This document shows, one piece after another, positions 45,394 to 56,427 of a stretch of 64,000 bases of DNA. The stretch is from positions 640,001-704,000 of the forward strand of contig CAWCNS010000004.1 of the NCBI GenBank assembly GCA_963796965.1, given 5' to 3'. The notes under the pieces were generated by a model, which ran no database searches, had not been told where the DNA came from, and saw only the letters and a program-made list of their open reading frames with translations. Both the position numbers and the translations under genes were made by a program. Source of the stretch: Calditrichia bacterium (GTDB lineage: Bacteria > Calditrichota > Calditrichia > JAJRVZ01). Position 1 is the first letter of the stretch. Every line of letters starts with the position of its first letter.

Positions 45394-45697
45394 TTTTAGC
45401 CCCCTCTATCATCTTGGTATATATCATTCAAACCGATTTATTCAGATTATTAATTCCTTACAAACAAAATGATTTGTTTAAATCGTAATTCTGCCATCTG
45501 CTTTTAGCTTTCACACCTAAAGTCTTTATCAGAACCCTTGTCTAGAGGGAAACATTTAAATTCTTATTACGTCTTTAAAGGATCAGATGAATATAAGTGT
45601 AATTTTTATTGGGCTGGACATTCTGTCTTAAGCTAAGTATAAACAATGCTATTGGAGGTTAGATGACAGTTCATTACAAGGCCTCGTAAAAAATATA

Positions 45698-45760
45698 TTG
45701 ACTTTTGAAAATATTTTATTATATTCTACTATAAATATAGTAGATCAACTATACGTGTAG
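45698..45760 (+). promoter_or_regulatory. Sigma70-like promoter overlapped by a palindromic BlaI-type operator
   Basis: TTGACT at 45698; TATATT/TATTCT at 45720-45727; perfect TCTACTATA-AA-TATAGTAGA at 45725-45744; second site CTATA-CG-TGTAG at 45749-45760. Confidence 0.75.
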
Positions 45761-45765
45761 GAGTT

Positions 45766-46158
45766 GTGATGAAGGCCTTTGAAAAACTAACACCATTGGA
45801 ATGGGAAGTCATGGATGTCATCTGGCAACAAAAAAATGAGGTCTCGGTTCGCGAAATTTTAATTCAGGGTTATCCCACTGGCAACAAAGCATATACAACG
45901 GTTCAAACGGTTATGAATCATCTGGTAGAAAAGGGATATCTGGATAAGAAAAAGAAAGGTCTTGTAAATTTTTATAATGCCCTCCATAAAAAAGAAGATA
46001 TAATGAAAAGGGAAACCCGGGGCTTTGTAAAAAAAGTATACAATGGTTCGTTCCAGGCTCTCGCCAGTTATATTGTAGATTCGAATTCACTTACAGCTGA
46101 AGAAATAGCAGAATTAAAGAATCTAATCACCCAAAAAGAAAAAAATAAAGGGGCATGA
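45766..46158 (+). CDS. BlaI/MecI/CopY family repressor
   Basis: LTPLEWEVMDVIW, AYTTVQTVMNHLVEKGYL and LTAEEIAELK motifs. Confidence 0.93.
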   Translation: MMKAFEKLTPLEWEVMDVIWQQKNEVSVREILIQGYPTGNKAYTTVQTVMNHLVEKGYLDKKKKGLVNFYNALHKKEDIMKRETRGFVKKVYNGSFQALASYIVDSNSLTAEEIAELKNLITQKEKNKGA

Positions 46159-46159
46159 T

Positions 46160-47518
46160 ATGATTCCTTTCATGAACGAAATATCTTCTCTCTGGTATGA
46201 TTATTTTTTAATAGCCACATTTCAGAACTCAATCTATATTGGATTGATTTTAACGATGATGACTATCTTTCGCAATAAGGACATTCGATTCCTGCGTATA
46301 CTGGCCATCATTGGATTTTTGAAACTTCTCTTGCCCCCCATCATAAAGATGCCTGTGGATACACATACTTTTATTAGTGAAATAAAAACTTTAGCTGTTA
46401 CGGATATCGTATCAAGGTCAGTTATAATTACGGGTGAGGGGATCTCACTTCAATCCTGGTTTTTTTTTACCTGGATTTCCCTCTCACTATTGTTTTTATG
46501 TATCGTTTTTTTGCGAACGATGCGCCTAAAAGATACATTTAATACCGCCAAACCTATCAATATATCCAATTTATCAGATCATCATTTGGCCAAAAAAATC
46601 AATTTTTTTAAATCCAATAAAAATCATAGCCCATTATTGATAGGTTTGATCCGAAAAAAAGTTATCGTTCCAAAGGATTGGGACTCCTGGACAGAAACAT
46701 GCAAATCGACTGTCATAACTCATGAACTGAATCATATACAGAATCGGGATCCTTGGTACAATCTTCTCCGTACAGTTCTTTTAGCGCTAAACTTTTTTAA
46801 TCCTCTTGTATGGATACTAAGTAACAGATTGATTGTTTTCAGTGAAATGGTTTGTGATGACGTCACAATTGAGTATTTGGATTCTACTACTACCCTTTAC
46901 TCCAAACAGCTAGTCGATCTTTCTGCAGGGGCAATTCATTCAAGACAAGAACCATCTATTTCCCTGGCATTTTCTGAATCCTATACATCAATGAAGAATA
47001 GAATTTCATATCAGTTATCAAAGAAGGAGGGTGTAAAGATGAAAAAGATGAGCAGAAGCAGCATAATTATTTCCTTTATTATTTTTTCTTCTATGGTATT
47101 ATTTTCATGGCAATGTGAAAGTAATGAAATAATTGGTGATATTGATACACCGGCCGAGGAGGTCTATGCATTTTCAGAAGTTACGGTCAAGCCACTATTG
47201 ATTGAAAAGGGAATGCCCCAATATCCTGAGGAGGCCCGAAAGGCCGGGCTGACGGGACTAGTGGTTGTATCTGTAACGATTGATAAAGATGGAAATGTTG
47301 CGACCGCTGAAATTTTTAAGGCGCTGAATGATTCTGTTAAAGTTAAATTGGATGAGAATGGAAAAGGATGGGGATACAATAAAGAATCTGTACGGAAGAC
47401 ATCTCTCGATATTGCGGCGCTAGAAGCGGCGAAAAAATGCAAGTTTAAACCCGCAATATTTAACGGGGAGAGTGTAAGTGTATTGATGAATATCCCTTAT
47501 AAATTTGCTTTAAAGTGA
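46160..47518 (+). CDS. BlaR1-type M56 metallopeptidase fused to a TonB C-terminal domain
   Basis: HELNH, FFNPLVW and EMVCDD, then PQYPEEARKAGLTGLV..IDKDG..FKPA. Confidence 0.9.
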   Translation: MIPFMNEISSLWYDYFLIATFQNSIYIGLILTMMTIFRNKDIRFLRILAIIGFLKLLLPPIIKMPVDTHTFISEIKTLAVTDIVSRSVIITGEGISLQSWFFFTWISLSLLFLCIVFLRTMRLKDTFNTAKPINISNLSDHHLAKKINFFKSNKNHSPLLIGLIRKKVIVPKDWDSWTETCKSTVITHELNHIQNRDPWYNLLRTVLLALNFFNPLVWILSNRLIVFSEMVCDDVTIEYLDSTTTLYSKQLVDLSAGAIHSRQEPSISLAFSESYTSMKNRISYQLSKKEGVKMKKMSRSSIIISFIIFSSMVLFSWQCESNEIIGDIDTPAEEVYAFSEVTVKPLLIEKGMPQYPEEARKAGLTGLVVVSVTIDKDGNVATAEIFKALNDSVKVKLDENGKGWGYNKESVRKTSLDIAALEAAKKCKFKPAIFNGESVSVLMNIPYKFALK

Positions 47519-47568
47519 TTGTATGGAAAATTCAGTTGAGAATTCTGTTATATTGTTAAAGTAAAATA

Positions 47569-47627
47569 AATCACCTCCGCCATCATCCCCCTCCTTAGTA
47601 AGGAGGGGGATGATGGCGGAGGTGATT
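47569..47627. repeat. Perfect 59-bp palindrome (29-bp arms)
   Basis: AATCACCTCCGCCATCATCCCCCTCCTTA-G-TAAGGAGGGGGATGATGGCGGAGGTGATT. Confidence 0.95.
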
Positions 47628-47710
47628 CGTACCAGTTGGTTTACTGGTATGTGTTCAAAATCTCCTTTACGTCTCTGCGAGATAAAAGCATCTTTCCGTA
47701 ATATTAGATC

Positions 47711-48913
47711 CTATACTTTGGAACCCGGCACCACCCAGATATTGTCCTTAATTTCCAATTTTATATCATCAAGAAAAACTGCTTTGCCTACTCCTCCCGG
47801 TCGGAAATCAGTAACAATATCCACGTGCTGTGCAGATCGGTTAAGAACCCCCTCAGCATGTAATTTATCTGCCTGACTCTTTCCTAAAGCACTGGCCGGC
47901 TCCTCAATAAAACATTCCGGATAACTGGCTCCAATGGCAATGTGCAAGGTTCCACCAACTTTTTCTACAAATAGAGGATGCTTTAACACTTTCTGAATTC
48001 CCTTGTTCATGCCTAATGCAACTTCACCCAACCGATGAGAACCCTCATCGGTTTCAATTATTCTTCTAAGGGCGTCCTCCCCCTGTAAAGCTGAATAATC
48101 CTGAATAATGCCCTTTGAAAATTTCAGATATATACCCTGGATTGTAACACCTGTATATGAAACAGGCAGGTCCACAAAAATTTCACCTTCCACAGTATTT
48201 GCATCAGGACTGGTAAATACCTCACCATCAGGAAAATTTCGTTCACCCGCACACTTGACAATATTTTTTTCTGCAATATTCATTTTTAATTCGAGATCTC
48301 GTCCGGTTTCCGAGTGTATTGTCTGAATCCGGATAACCGCACTTTTTCGCATGATTTGGTAAATCTCCTCTTCAACTTCAGATAGTGTTTTGGGATTAAT
48401 TATGCTGGCGCCGACAATAAAATCAGTATATTCGGTTAGGGACATTCCCTCCATATTGGCAAATCCTTCGGTTGGAAAAAGGGTTAATACCCAGGGCTTT
48501 AATAAACGAATCATCTTTAGAGGCTCATCTTGCTTCATAATAGCCTGGGAATTTTCATCCGGGAGATTGGCATATAATCCGGGATCTTCAGAACCTAAAA
48601 TTTCGATATACTTAGTCATATTTTCATAACGTGTTGTTAACCACTTAGGTGCACGTTCAATCTGATCAGTACTTCCATGGCGGGCCATGGAGGCGCCCCA
48701 GACTTTGCCCCGGTCATTATCCGGAGGGACGAGTAAAATATCAGCTATACCGCCAGATGAAATTATTTTATCTTGCAAAACAGACATGAGCGGCCAGGTG
48801 ATATGTTCTCCTTTTATCATGACAACATCCTCAGACACGATACCATCTAATGAGTAATCCAATAAGAATCCAGCCCAGGTTTCTAAATCTTCTTTCTTGA
48901 TATTAGAAGTCAT
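47711..48913 (-). CDS. M29 family aminopeptidase
   Basis: NFPDGEVFTSP, LGEVALG, EK.GGTLHIAIGASY and NRSAQHVD motifs. Confidence 0.9.
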   Translation of the reverse strand: MTSNIKKEDLETWAGFLLDYSLDGIVSEDVVMIKGEHITWPLMSVLQDKIISSGGIADILLVPPDNDRGKVWGASMARHGSTDQIERAPKWLTTRYENMTKYIEILGSEDPGLYANLPDENSQAIMKQDEPLKMIRLLKPWVLTLFPTEGFANMEGMSLTEYTDFIVGASIINPKTLSEVEEEIYQIMRKSAVIRIQTIHSETGRDLELKMNIAEKNIVKCAGERNFPDGEVFTSPDANTVEGEIFVDLPVSYTGVTIQGIYLKFSKGIIQDYSALQGEDALRRIIETDEGSHRLGEVALGMNKGIQKVLKHPLFVEKVGGTLHIAIGASYPECFIEEPASALGKSQADKLHAEGVLNRSAQHVDIVTDFRPGGVGKAVFLDDIKLEIKDNIWVVPGSKV

Positions 48914-48917
48914 TCGC

Positions 48918-49361
48918 TTAAATCTCCCTTAGTTTGTCGACGACAGTTTCTTTTTCTCCATCCTCAAGGATTTCATCAAACCATGGATAAAATATATCCG
49001 TTTCCATTTGGCGATGCATGGTAAGCATTTCCTCCAGACCGGTAATTAAGGATTGGAGATCCTGAAGTCGGTTCTCAGAAAGCATGTTTTCAATCTTGGT
49101 TATGAACATTTTATTCATTTGATGATGCTCATTACGAAGTACGAAAATTGTATCTACGCCAGAAAGACCGGCGCGTTTTTCGAATAGTGGAAATAGGATT
49201 TTTTCTTCCCAAATAAAATGTTTTTGTAGGATTTGTTGAAATTGAGTAAAAATTTCTGTGGGATCTGATTGTTTTGCTTCAAACGCAGATAAAAGTTTAT
49301 TAAACAGAAATTCCAGTTTTTTATGATCCTCGTTCATTATCTTAAGAACTTCATTCATCAT
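48918..49361 (-). CDS. Hemerythrin/HHE domain protein
   Basis: DH, HFIWEE.ILFP, EH and H..ME..FYP motifs; GGAGG RBS. Confidence 0.85.
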   Translation of the reverse strand: MMNEVLKIMNEDHKKLEFLFNKLLSAFEAKQSDPTEIFTQFQQILQKHFIWEEKILFPLFEKRAGLSGVDTIFVLRNEHHQMNKMFITKIENMLSENRLQDLQSLITGLEEMLTMHRQMETDIFYPWFDEILEDGEKETVVDKLREI

Positions 49362-49570
49362 AACCTCCCAGAACGATCCCTAAATATTGGGTAATTATTT
49401 TTCACGCAGCGTCACAACGGCGCAGAGTATTAAAATACCTATATATAAAATTGAATGGGATCTATTGAGTTTATTAGTGAAATTCGCAATAATTCGTCTC
49501 AGTCGCAGCCTGATCCGGCGAAGACGGATAATCCGTGGTTAAAATCTGTTGAAAAAGAAATAATTACAAG

Positions 49571-52191
49571 TTATATCAGTTTCTTTATCTCAGACATCGC
49601 CTCATCAAATTTTGATATATCTTTTCCACCTGCAGTAGCCATATGTGGGCGCCCTCCACCACCTCCGCCTGCAACCTGGGCAATTTTCCTGACCAGATCA
49701 CCTGCTTTTAATCCCTTATTTTTGATCAGGTCATCAGTGACCAAACATAGAAAATTTATTTTGTCTTCATTAATTGTTCCTAATACGGCGACGGTATTCA
49801 TTGTTCTGTTGCGAATTTGATCACCGATTTCTTTTAACTGATCCATATTTGAATTTTTAAGCGAATAGATGATAATGTCAATTCCGTTTATCAACTCTTT
49901 TTTGGCTAGTATATCATCTATGCCCTGTGAAAGAACTTGAGAAGAGACTTTATTTAATTCTTTCTCCATTTCTTTTTTAGAGTTGACGAGCTCTTTTATT
50001 TTTTGCGATAATTCCTGTTCATTGCCGCTAATGATTTCAGATATTTCCCCAAGTTGAGTCCGAATATTTTGAAAATACTGAATCGCAGTCCTTCCGGTGA
50101 TGAGCTTCGATCCTTCTGACCCCTGCTGCTATACTTCCCTCATAAATAATGACAAAGGGTCCAATTTGTCCTGTACGGTCAACATGGGTGCCACCACATA
50201 ATTCAAAACTATAGTCGGAGACTTTTACCGTTCGGACCACATCCCCATACTTTTCACCAAACAGGGCCATGGCACCTTTTTTCTTTGCAGAATCAAAAGA
50301 ATCCTGGGCTATCTCCAAGGCAAGATCATCCTGAATCTTTGCATTTACCTGGCTTTCAATCTCCACAACCTGCCCGGAATCAACTTTTGAATAATGATTA
50401 AAATCAAATCGAAGCCGGTCGGGTGCAACTAATGAACCCGCCTGCTGTACATGTGATCCGAGAATGCTGCGTAAAGCGGCATGTAGCAAATGGGTGGCTG
50501 TGTGATTTTTCTCGGTTTCACGCCGTTTGGCAATACTCACCTGAGCAAGAACTCTGTCAGACCGGACTTCGAAATTGTCTGACATCAGACAGATATGAAC
50601 AATATTTTCCCCATCCTGTTGCGTATCAATAACTTCTAAATCGAATTCTTCAAGGGAAATGGTTCCCCTGTCGCCAATCTGCCCTCCTGATTCTGCATAA
50701 AAGGGTGTATCTTTTAGGACGAGATGTAATTGATTCTCGTGCGAAGCATAGCGGAGCAGATGCGTTTCAATCGCATCTTCCGTATAGCCGACAAAATTGG
50801 ATTTGTTTTCGTCATCGAGTATTATCCAGGAATCTTCCGGAATCTCATTTGTCTGAAATTTTGCCGCTTTGCGGGCCCGCTCTTTTTGCAGATTCATTTT
50901 CTTTTCAAAGCCAGACTCATCTAATTTAAATCCAACTTCTTCAGCCAGGGTGCGGGTAAGATCTACCGGAAACCCGTAGGTATCGTATAATTTAAAAATC
51001 TCGTCCCCAGGAACCACTATTTCTTTTTTATTTTTAAGATCTGTTTTAATGCTTTCGAATATTTCTAACCCTCGATCGAGAGTTCGGTTAAAATGTTCCT
51101 CTTCTGAACGTATAATAGTGCTTACATGGTCCAAACGTTCCTCTGTAATTGGGAAAGATTTGGCAAGAATTTTGTTTACTGTTGGTACAAGTTTGTAAAT
51201 AAACGGTTGATGCATGTTTAATTTCCGACCATATCGTGCTGCCCGGCGTAATATTCTACGGATTACATAATCCCGACCCTCATTACCGGGTGTTCCGCCA
51301 TCAGCAATTGAATAGGTTAACATGCGTACGTGATCTGCAATAACATGGAAAGCTCGATTTTAGCTCTGACTCGGTATAAGGAATGTTGGATATCGCACTG
51401 ATTTTTTCTATTAAAGGCGTAAAAACATCTGTCTCATAATTTGATTTTTTTTGTTGAAGGACAGCAACTAATCTTTCAAATCCTGCTCCTGTATCTACAT
51501 GTTTTGAAGGAAGAGGATGTAGCTTACCTTTATTGTCTCTGTTATATTGAACAAAGACAAGATTCCATAATTCAATATAACGACCACATTCGCCATTGAC
51601 CGCACATTCATGTTTTATATCTGGTTTGTCACAAAAATTAACTCCCTGATCGATATGAATTTCTGAGCAGGGTCCACAGGGGCCTGTATCACCCATTTCC
51701 CAAAAATTATCTTTCTCATCGAAACGAAGAATTTTATCGGGATGGATATCCGTTACTTCTTGCCATAATTCAGCAGCTTCATCATCATCCCTAAAAACTG
51801 TGGCATATAGTTTGTCTTTTGGAATCTTCCAAACATTGGTAAGTAGTTCCCAGGCCCAGACAATGGCCTCATGCTTATAATAATCGCCAAATGACCAGTT
51901 GCCAAGCATTTCGAAAAAAGTGTGATGATAGGTATCGTGTCCTACTTCTTCTAAATCATTATGCTTCCCGCTCACACGGATACATTTTTGAGAATTTACG
52001 GCGCGGCTGTAGGGGCGGGTACCCTTACCGAGTAATACATCTTTAAACTGATTCATCCCGGCATTTGTAAAAAGTAATGTGGGATCATCCAGCGGCACAA
52101 CCGGAGAACTCGGTACGTTTGTATGATCCTTCTTATAAAAAAAATCAATAAAAGATTGTCGTATTTCCTGTGATGTCAATTTATTAGTCAT
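49571..52191 (-). CDS. alaS: Alanine--tRNA ligase; two +1 frameshifts (~51360, ~50102)
   Basis: [55 protein letters not shown] and [15 protein letters not shown] motifs. Confidence 0.97.
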
Positions 52192-52242
52192 GTAGAAAAT
52201 CCTGCTGAGAATTGTCAATTATTTTTAAAGAATAGAATTTGA

Positions 52243-52288
52243 AAACACAGTGGACATGGAGAATAAAATCTTTATGCCCGCTGTGTTT
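52243..52288 (-). terminator. Long hairpin followed by a T-run, between the PLP-lyase gene and alaS
   Basis: AAACACAGTGGACATGGAGA-ATAAAA-TCTTTATGCCCGCTGTGTTT. Confidence 0.5.
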
Positions 52289-52387
52289 AATTAAAGTATA
52301 ATTTAATTTGAAATTAATTCATTTCAAAATAGGAATGAAATTAGAATGATCATTTTGCCAGCGAGGAATAACATGGGAAAGTATCTA

Positions 52388-53572
52388 TTAAAAGGATGAA
52401 AGAGCATATTCCAAATCAACCTTTAAATCATTAACATGCTCCAATCCCACAGAAAGCCTTAACAAACCATTTGTCACACCGATCTTTTCTCTTTCTTCAG
52501 GGGAAAGATAGACATGGGAGGTAGATGCCGGATGAGAGATTAAACTTGAGACATCACCAAGGCTTACGGTAAACAGGATTATCTTGAGGCTCTGCATGAC
52601 GGTCATCGCCTCTTTTTGGCCACCATTAATCTCGAAGGCTAACATGCCACTGAATCCGTTAAACTGTTTTTTTGTTAAATCAGCTTGTGGATTGCCAGGC
52701 AATCCGGCATGATAGACTTTTTTAATTTTTGGATGTGTGGATAGAAAATTTGCTAATTCCATGGCAGTCTTGTTCTGCTTTTCAATCCGGACGCCTAATG
52801 TACGAATCCCGCGAATGAGCAACCAGGCGATAATCGGAGCCATTGTAGGTCCGAATGTTTTCATTACCGGGCCGATCAGATCAATCTCTTTCTTTGACCC
52901 GCAAACCGCACCCCCGATAAGATCGGAATGTCCACCCAGATATTTGGTTGCTGAATGTATTACAATATCGGCACCTAACTCCAGGGGTTGAAATATAGGT
53001 GGTGGCGTAAATGTATTGTCTACGATTAGTTTACACGCATGCTTGTGGGCGAGATTCTTCCAATCGTCAATGTCAGAAGCAATCACCGTAGGATTTGCCA
53101 GAGGTTCTGTATAGAGTATCTTAGTCTTTTTTTGTATGGCTGAAGCAATGGCATCATGGTCTCTTGGGTCAACAAAAGTTACATCAATATTAAATCGGGA
53201 AAGCTGGTTCTGGAAAAAGGTATAAGTGCCTCCGTAAATATACGCAGATGATACAATATGATCACCCGGTTGGCAATTGGCGAATATTGTCGAGGATATG
53301 GCAGCCATTCCTGAGGCAAAAACTAATGCGGATTCAGCACGTTCCAAAGTAGTTAATATATCAATTAAGGCATCGCTTGTGGGATTCGAATAACGTGAGT
53401 AGATATGCCCGGGTTTTTTACTGAGAAGGATATCTGTTCCTTCCTCAACATTATCGTATAGAAAATTAGATGTTTGAAAAATAGGCACACCCGGTGTGCG
53501 GACGTTGGAGAGATCAATCCCTTCACCAGCTTTTATAATTTGCGTTAATATATCCCACTCTTCTGTGCTCAT
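52388..53572 (-). CDS. Cys/Met metabolism PLP enzyme (methionine gamma-lyase/cystathionine gamma-synthase-like)
   Basis: YSRYSNPT, FASGMAAI, VDNTF, HSATKYLGGHSD and LRLSVGLE motifs. Confidence 0.92.
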   Translation of the reverse strand: MSTEEWDILTQIIKAGEGIDLSNVRTPGVPIFQTSNFLYDNVEEGTDILLSKKPGHIYSRYSNPTSDALIDILTTLERAESALVFASGMAAISSTIFANCQPGDHIVSSAYIYGGTYTFFQNQLSRFNIDVTFVDPRDHDAIASAIQKKTKILYTEPLANPTVIASDIDDWKNLAHKHACKLIVDNTFTPPPIFQPLELGADIVIHSATKYLGGHSDLIGGAVCGSKKEIDLIGPVMKTFGPTMAPIIAWLLIRGIRTLGVRIEKQNKTAMELANFLSTHPKIKKVYHAGLPGNPQADLTKKQFNGFSGMLAFEINGGQKEAMTVMQSLKIILFTVSLGDVSSLISHPASTSHVYLSPEEREKIGVTNGLLRLSVGLEHVNDLKVDLEYALSSF

Positions 53573-53707
53573 GTTTTATCCCTTTCTCGTTACCTTCATC
53601 TGAGTACTTGGCTCTTGGTAATTGCTTCTGGATTTTAAATTGTAGCCGATGTGGATTACTTCATTAAAATATTACTTGATATAAATGTGAGAATGGCTCA
53701 AACATAC

Positions 53708-53735
53708 AATTCCCAATTCCCAATTCCCAATTCCA
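53708..53735. repeat. (AATTCCC)n heptamer array just after the recX stop
   Basis: aattccc x3 plus aattcca; related complementary array at 20176-20222. Confidence 0.8.
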
Positions 53736-53737
53736 AA

Positions 53738-54352
53738 TCACAAAACCCTCTCAATCAGGTCCCAGGTATAGCCTTTCTGAGCCAGATAACTGGTCAGTCG
53801 TTTCTTTTTTTGAAGTGGATCCAAATTATTTAATAGGACAAGTTTTTTTTCAGCGAGTTCTTTGCAATTCTTAAACTGTAATTCCTCAGAATATAATTCT
53901 TCCATCAATTTATGGATTATATTATTCTGCACGCCTTTTTTTGACAATTTATTTTTTATTAGCAGAGGTCCACTTCTTTTTAAATTAATCTCATCATTGA
54001 TCACCTGACGGGCATAGCGTTGATCATTAAGATAATCTCGTTTAGAAAGATCCTGCACAATCTCGTTAATAATTTCTTTATCCAGTGATTTTTGTATTAA
54101 TTTATCTCTTAATTCATTTTGGCTATGATCACGTCGTGAAAGAAACCGCCAGGCTTGTTCACGAACGGATACATATTTTTCTTTATCATTTATTTCTTCA
54201 AGAAGAAGATCTGAAATTTCTTTCCCCTGATGGAGATCAAAGGCAAGTAAAGTTTCTTCAGAAATACCAAGGATAAAATCATCCCCGGCAAAAAGTGAAT
54301 ATCTTTTTTTGTTTTTCTTCTGTTGTTCGATTTTTGTGATTATGAAAGACAT
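53738..54352 (-). CDS. recX: Regulatory protein RecX
   Basis: FLSRRDHSQNELRDKL, YLNDQRYA, GPLLIKNKL..KG and YLAQKGY motifs; downstream of recA. Confidence 0.92.
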   Translation of the reverse strand: MSFIITKIEQQKKNKKRYSLFAGDDFILGISEETLLAFDLHQGKEISDLLLEEINDKEKYVSVREQAWRFLSRRDHSQNELRDKLIQKSLDKEIINEIVQDLSKRDYLNDQRYARQVINDEINLKRSGPLLIKNKLSKKGVQNNIIHKLMEELYSEELQFKNCKELAEKKLVLLNNLDPLQKKKRLTSYLAQKGYTWDLIERVL

Positions 54353-54392
54353 AGAGATAGTATGTGGGAATGAGGTAGATTTTTTAGTTTAG

Positions 54393-54490
54393 AACCCTCC
54401 TCTTCTTCATGAGAAGGGCTCCTCAAAGTCCCTCGCTTTGTAAGAGAGGGATTTTCCCGAAAAGGGATGCCTTCGGCAAGGGAGAGTTCT
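54393..54490. repeat. Nested palindromic repeat between recA and recX
   Basis: CCCTCGCTTTGTAAGAGAGGG...CCCGAAAAGGGATGCCTTCGGCAAGGG; reverse-complement relative of 14234-14262. Confidence 0.6.
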
Positions 54491-54608
54491 TTGAATCAAG
54501 TTCCCTGTTTGGAAATTAATAAAATCATTTGATATCGTGTTGTTTATGAATACATATCCAAATCTTAACCGGACACTTATTATAATTAAAGTACATCAGC
54601 CAAACTTT

Positions 54609-55674
54609 TTAGGATTTATTCTCAACAGGTACAGATTCCTTAGCCGAATCTTCCTCAAGTTCAGGTTCTTCATCACCTGGGATCAAACCAAGTTTTTGAC
54701 GTACTTGAATATCCAACTCACCTAATAATTTTTCATCATCCTTTAGGTAGCGCTTAACATTTTCTCGTCCCTGGCCTAACCTGGTCTCACCATAAGAAAA
54801 CCAGGTTCCTGATTTTTGAATTATCTCAAAGTTTACTGCCTGGTCCAAAAGGTCACCTTCCTTGGAAATCCCAAGTGAATACATAATATCAAATTCTGCC
54901 TCCCTAAATGGAGGTGCCATTTTATTCTTAACCACTTTTACTTTTGTTCGGTTCCCAACCACTTCCTGTCCTTCCTTGATTGTAGCGATTCGCCGGATAT
55001 CCATTCTTATCGAGGTATAAAACTTTAGCGCCCTGCCGCCCGTGGTTGTCTCCGGATTACCAAACATGACTCCGATTTTTTCACGGACCTGGTTAATGAA
55101 AATCACACAGGTGTTCGATTTGCTTACAGTTCCGGTGAGCTTTCTTAATGCCTGAGACATTAACCGTGCTTGAAGACCCATATGAGCATCGCCCATTTCA
55201 CCTTCAATCTCTGCTCTGGGAACAAGAGCAGCGACAGAGTCGATCACAATAACATCCATCGCACCGCTTCGCACCAGGGTTTCCACGATTTCTAGAGGCC
55301 TGTTCCCCTGAATCGGGCTGTGAAACAAGTAGGTTAACTGTGTCAACGCCGAGCTTTTTGGCATAGGTTGGATCCAGGGCATGCTCTGCATCAACAAATG
55401 CAGCCAGGCCTCCCGTTTTTTGTGCTTCAGACACAATGTGCAAAGCCAGGGTTGTTTTTCCAGACGATTCAGGTCCGTATATTTCAACGATCCTGCCCCG
55501 TGGAACTCCTCCCACACCTAAGGCTGCATCCAGCGATACGGATCCCGAAGAGATAACATCAACATCTACTTTTATTCGATCTCCCAAACGCATGATAGCG
55601 CCTTTACCAAATTGACGTTCGATTTGCGTCATCGCTACATCGACGGCTTTTGCTTTTTCATCACCTGTGCTCAT
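54609..55674 (-). CDS. recA: Recombinase RecA; +1 frameshift near 55297
   Basis: [41 protein letters not shown] and GGRALKFY motifs. Confidence 0.98.
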
Positions 55675-56034
55675 ATATTCTCCTGATTGATTCAATTGCA
55701 TTATTTGTAGAGGCATGTAGAAAAGGGGAGTAACGTGATGAATCAGATCAAATTGATATATGGATCAACCCATCTATAGATTCCCATTTCCCAGTGCTAA
55801 AATTATAGAATAATTTCAAGCAATCTTTTAATTTAAAACAAATTCAATCAAAAATCGATTAAAAGATCGTTGAAAGATTGTTGCTTTTTGAGGAAATATA
55901 ATACAAATGTCATGCCAGAAATCCTACTTTAACGTTCTTGATGCTGGGATCTTGTTTCTCGGATCTAAAGATACCTGCCCCTTGTAGTAATTCGGCAAGG
56001 CGGTGAGGGATTCTCATCTGACTTTAAATTCAAT

Positions 56035-56427
56035 CTATCGAATCAATACGGCTTTATAACCATACTGTAGAATACCACTATGACCTTCACGTTGCGTTAA
56101 TCGGGTGACAAGTTTAATTTTTTGACCTATGGAGACCTCTTCAGGTTTACAATCAACGACTTGGGCAGTTAAACGTGCCCCATCGGAAGTTTCGATTATG
56201 GCAACTGCAAATGGCGTCTGAGTAGCAAAAACATCCGCTGCCACGTGAATAATTGTATAAGTGAGAATTTTTCCTTCAGGTTTCAGAACATAGTCTGAAA
56301 AAGATTGACTCTGACATGCAGGACAAATCAAACGGGGCGGGAAAGCAATATACTCACATTCCTGACATTTACTCGCCTCGAGACGCATGCGTTGTGGTAT
56401 CTCTCTGCTATATTTCGGAACGATCAT
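56035..56427 (-). CDS. DUF35 Zn-ribbon/OB-fold protein
   Basis: CQEC..FPPR..CPAC, GKILTYT and QYGYK motifs; ATGA overlap with the thiolase stop. Confidence 0.92.
   Translation of the reverse strand: MIVPKYSREIPQRMRLEASKCQECEYIAFPPRLICPACQSQSFSDYVLKPEGKILTYTIIHVAADVFATQTPFAVAIIETSDGARLTAQVVDCKPEEVSIGQKIKLVTRLTQREGHSGILQYGYKAVLIR

Noticed and set aside
39885..47518. Inducible beta-lactam resistance locus (serine hydrolase plus BlaI/BlaR1)
   Set aside because: The genes are not adjacent, the sensor domain is TonB-C rather than penicillin-binding, and the hydrolase-TPR type is more likely a peptidase or esterase.
47610..47876. 88-aa ORF with a perfect SD
   Set aside because: The start lies in a palindrome that would sequester it, and the ORF is largely antisense to the aminopeptidase.
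49571..55674. alaS and recA as pseudogenes or programmed frameshifts
   Set aside because: All motifs are intact, the breaks match the window-wide +1 error pattern, and alaS is essential.
55895..55915. LexA box upstream of recA (ATACAAATGTCAT)
   Set aside because: Weak single dyad, no second copy recognised, and the lineage motif is unknown to me.
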